Shown here: positions 60,438 through 64,000 of the stretch, piece after piece
Layout: each line of letters opens with the position of its first letter
How positions within the stretch are numbered: the first letter of the stretch is position 1
DNA from: Lingula anatina
Taxonomy: Eukaryota; Animalia; Brachiopoda
Assembly: GCA_051362555.1 (NCBI GenBank)
Contig: CM120641.1
Location: 17,918,001-17,982,000 of the forward strand
DNA length: 64,000 bases
Reading direction: 5' to 3'
Program-made: the position numbers and the translations under genes
The notes under the pieces: model-generated
The model's database searches: none
Seen by the model: the letters and a program-made list of their open reading frames with translations, nothing else
Told to the model about the DNA's origin: nothing

Positions 60438-62159
60438 CTTCAACCTCACTGTGCAGTCAGACTATAGGCCTTTTGTAGCTTTTGGACAGAGTTTTTCATT
60501 TTACAGATTTTATTACTCTATAGACAGTGTATTTTGTAATAGAACAAATTATTGAATAGATTATTGCCATTTGGCTAATATGTTATACAAGTAGATTAAA
60601 TATTGCATAAGTTGTTAAAAATGATTAATGAATTAGAAAATAATTCTTTGCAAGGATGCTCTCAGTATATCTTTATATTGAAAACTTTAGTGTAGAAGTC
60701 ACATTAACCCACCATTTGCACATCATCTGGCATATCTCCATTGTATTTTATAATAATATTAGAAGTATGTGTGGAAGGCAGTCCATAAAGTAACACAATC
60801 CCTGCTGATGATGATTATTGTAAAAACCACCACAAACTGTTCCATCCAAAGTTGTTGTTATTAGAAACAAATGAGACTTTTTATTAGCCATTCCAGATTG
60901 CTTTATGGTGGGAAACGACAATTGTTTCTTTTTTAACTATTCAGTAAAGCAAGCTGTGGAAGTATTTTTGTTACATGAACAATTCAGCATTACGGAGGAT
61001 TTGTGATTGGTTTTCATTCTGACAATTTGAAATAAGTGCTGATGGCTTGGTTGCATCCGTTATCTGTATTGAAGGGAGGCATTTCAAAATCTGCCAAACA
61101 ATTTTGTAATGTTACATCTTGGAGACAATAGCATTAGTCTTGTATTACTTATACAAGCATTATTACATGTCAAAACTATCTGGGCGTTTCTTATTAGAAT
61201 TAATACTAGTGGTTCTGTGTAATGAAGCAAATGATCTGTTTGTGATATGCTCATTCTTGTACAAACTGGCTGAAGTGTAGTCAACTTCTGAAGTGTGGAT
61301 TTAAATGATATTTACTGTTCTTATAGTATTAAGTATAAGATGCTGAATCAGTTTATAGAAGTGCTTACTGTAAAGCCATTTATGGTCTTTTCCATGTTTT
61401 CAAACAGGGTTCCCTTTTTTGTTAACCATTTTCTTTTTACAATTCTTTTGGAGCTGATAAGTTTTGTATACCAAGGGACATAGTTACAGACATAATAGAT
61501 GGATATATTGTTATCACAGGGTCATGTTAGTGCAACCTTTCCACCAATTTGATGCCACAAACTTTCCAAGCACATCGGACATCAGTTGTTTTGATGTATA
61601 CTGCTTGAAAAAGAAGTCTTGTGTTGGAGTTTATACTTTTTTATATCTAAAAGGATTTTTTCTTTTTTTCTGTACTGTCTCAATAATTTATAGGCAGTCA
61701 ACTCATTTATGCCAAGATATATTATATATCTTCACAACTACATTTTTTGTAGATAAAAGGGGCTTTCTGTCCCACACATGCTTTAAACACATAAAATTAT
61801 ATATTTATTCTTTAAAAAATCTATTGCAATATACCCAATTGCTTCATATTTTTGTATTGAAATTATTGCAATAATTAGTCTCTTCTTACCTTTCTGGTTG
61901 AAGGGTTTCTTATTTTGAAATCTGTACTAGCATAGGAAATAAAATATATAAGTTACAATTTACCGTCTGGTTTCTCTAGAGTGTAGTATTTTATCCACTA
62001 TTTCTAAAATTGATAACTCTTTCAGTAATCACAAAAAGAATACTGTGCCCGTTCATCTAGTTACATCTAAGAAAAAACTTAAACTAGCCAAAAAGATAAC
62101 TTAGATATGGTCATGTACAACAGAAAAGCTTTTAGCACAAAAGAAAAACAGGTAAATGA

Positions 62160-63898
62160 TTTTTATTTATTGATCAAAATAACATGTATCAGATTGCACA
62201 CCAATAAATAAGTGAAATGCATCACACTCCATAGAGATGCCATGGATGTTTGAAAACTGGGAAATTCAATATATCTGTACAACATGATCTCTAGAACCCA
62301 TGCTTTTGGAACGCCGATTTCCTCAACAGCATACTGGCCATTACATCTAAAGAAATAAGACGGTATCTTGGTGGTCAAGTAGTATAATTACCCTGTTGAG
62401 TGTCCTTCTCTACACCCTAAAGCTAATGTCAGAGGAAAGCAAGATCCTTGTGCAATCCAATGTTTTAAAACGGTCTACAATCTCAAAGAAATTACCAGAA
62501 AGAAAGGTGGGTGTATGCAAGCATTTCTATTGGGTATAAAGGAATAATTTAAACTTCATGTACAATTACACCTTAAATATTATGATTTTTATGGCACATA
62601 TTCAACATCTACTACCTTCTAACAAAATCAGCTTTTACAAAACTGTACAATGGTCATAAATTAAGAACACCTGTGAATATCTCAATGGCTCTCACTTATT
62701 AGATGGCAAGTGCACAGCAAAATAAATATGACTTAAGATATATTCTAATTTTTCGAATGGTATGATTATATTCAATATTGATACTTCTAATATATTTCTC
62801 ATAAAAAGAAAAAAAAACTGTACATTTTTCCACATATTACTTTTATCTAAAGAAATTTAGTTTAAAATGCAAGTCATATACATAGTCTGCAAAACAATGT
62901 TTGCAAATTTGATACGTGATATTATACACGGTGCCTGATGTTACATTTCTAATGTAATGAAACTTTCTATTAAGTTCCATATTTAGAGACAAATACATAT
63001 GCTTCAATGGCAGTTATTCCATAAAATTGAGTAGAGATGTTTTACAATAGAATGCCATTTTAAATGAGCACTTGCATCCAACAAATGAAGAAAAAAGATC
63101 ATCCCTTTTCCTCAAGTCAATCAGGAAAATGACACATCAATGTACAAGCACTTGACATATAATGTACAAAAAGACATACAACTAGTAGACTACTCTGACT
63201 CTCAAAGCACCACTGACAAATATAAGAACGAGACATGCTTTTACACTAGTGTAAATTGTGTATGTTGAAAAATAATAAAAGGAAATCTGAAAATTGATCT
63301 CCATGGTGTCTATGTAAAACATTGAGAAGGTTTTGCTTAACTGAGTTAACTGCTCCTTATATGCTGCAAGTGCAGTGGAGACATTTTCTCATTCAGTATG
63401 GTACAAGATGACAGTGAAAGTGAATGAATTTATACATATCAGTTATAACTAGGTGATAACCTACAGGCCACAGTGAGATTCCAAAAGTACCTTTATAGTA
63501 TACTTAAATAATAAGAGTAAGCTCTGATCAAAGGCAAATGTTATAATACAACCTGGCATTAAGGAAGGCCAATGCTCCAAAAATCAGCAAAAAAGAAGAA
63601 AGCAAAATTTGTCAAGACAACTCAAATCTACTTCTACACATTGTCAAATGGTTATTAAAGCAGTAAAATAACCAAAAACATTTCAATTCAAAACAAATGA
63701 AGCAATTTGAATTCTTCTCGAGAATCTTATTGCCAATGTGACGGGTGATAAATAAAGTGACCAAAAGCACCAATGTAAAGCCGCCTTCAACCAAAGAAAT
63801 AATTCCAGTGCCAGATGGTTCATGTCATTTAGTCGGGTCCTATGTCACTAAAGATGGTGGTGGGGAAGGAGAGGCTGCAGCACACATGCATCAGTCGA
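62160..63898 (-). other. Possible terminal exon/3' UTR of a convergent gene entering from the right
   Basis: Minus-strand acceptor tatttctatttcag ends at 63899, followed by short frames and a long AT-rich tail with AATAAA near 62162-62167. No product can be assigned. Confidence 0.3.
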
Positions 63899-64000
63899 CT
63901 GAAATAGAAATAATACAAAGTTTGGTTAGTCACATATAAGAGCTAGGTTCAAAAAGAATAATAACAAGTTATGACTGAATCATATATATGTGTATCAATC

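Noticed and set aside
63745-63939. 64-aa plus-strand ORF
   Set aside because: No domain or splice support; better explained as the antisense of a possible minus-strand terminal exon.

Overview
AT-rich, intron-containing animal DNA, probably a lophotrochozoan invertebrate such as a mollusc (the taxon is an inference). Splicing exons by hand gives, in order: a probable last exon of an upstream gene; a head-to-head pair of intronless genes (an LRR protein and a ZDHHC22/24-like palmitoyltransferase with DLHC instead of DHHC); a 3-exon secreted chitin deacetylase with a 6-Cys module and a mucin stalk; a 6-exon minus-strand secreted protein that looks like a long-chain four-helix cytokine (IL-6/Unpaired-like) with an inducible-type promoter; a 346-aa SKAP/KNSTRN-like coiled-coil gene; an intact, very young Ty3/Gypsy LTR retrotransposon; and a 24-coding-exon villin/advillin gene whose introns hold MITEs and a Helentron-like tandem array. 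The Gypsy element has 597-bp LTRs, an ATAT target-site duplication, a tRNA-Leu PBS and a -1 frameshift signal. The strongest candidates for something new are the putative invertebrate helical cytokine, a transmembrane-plus-polybasic insert between RNase H and integrase in Gypsy Pol, a 6-nt villin microexon, and the SKAP-like gene. No database searches were run; family calls come from motif recognition.
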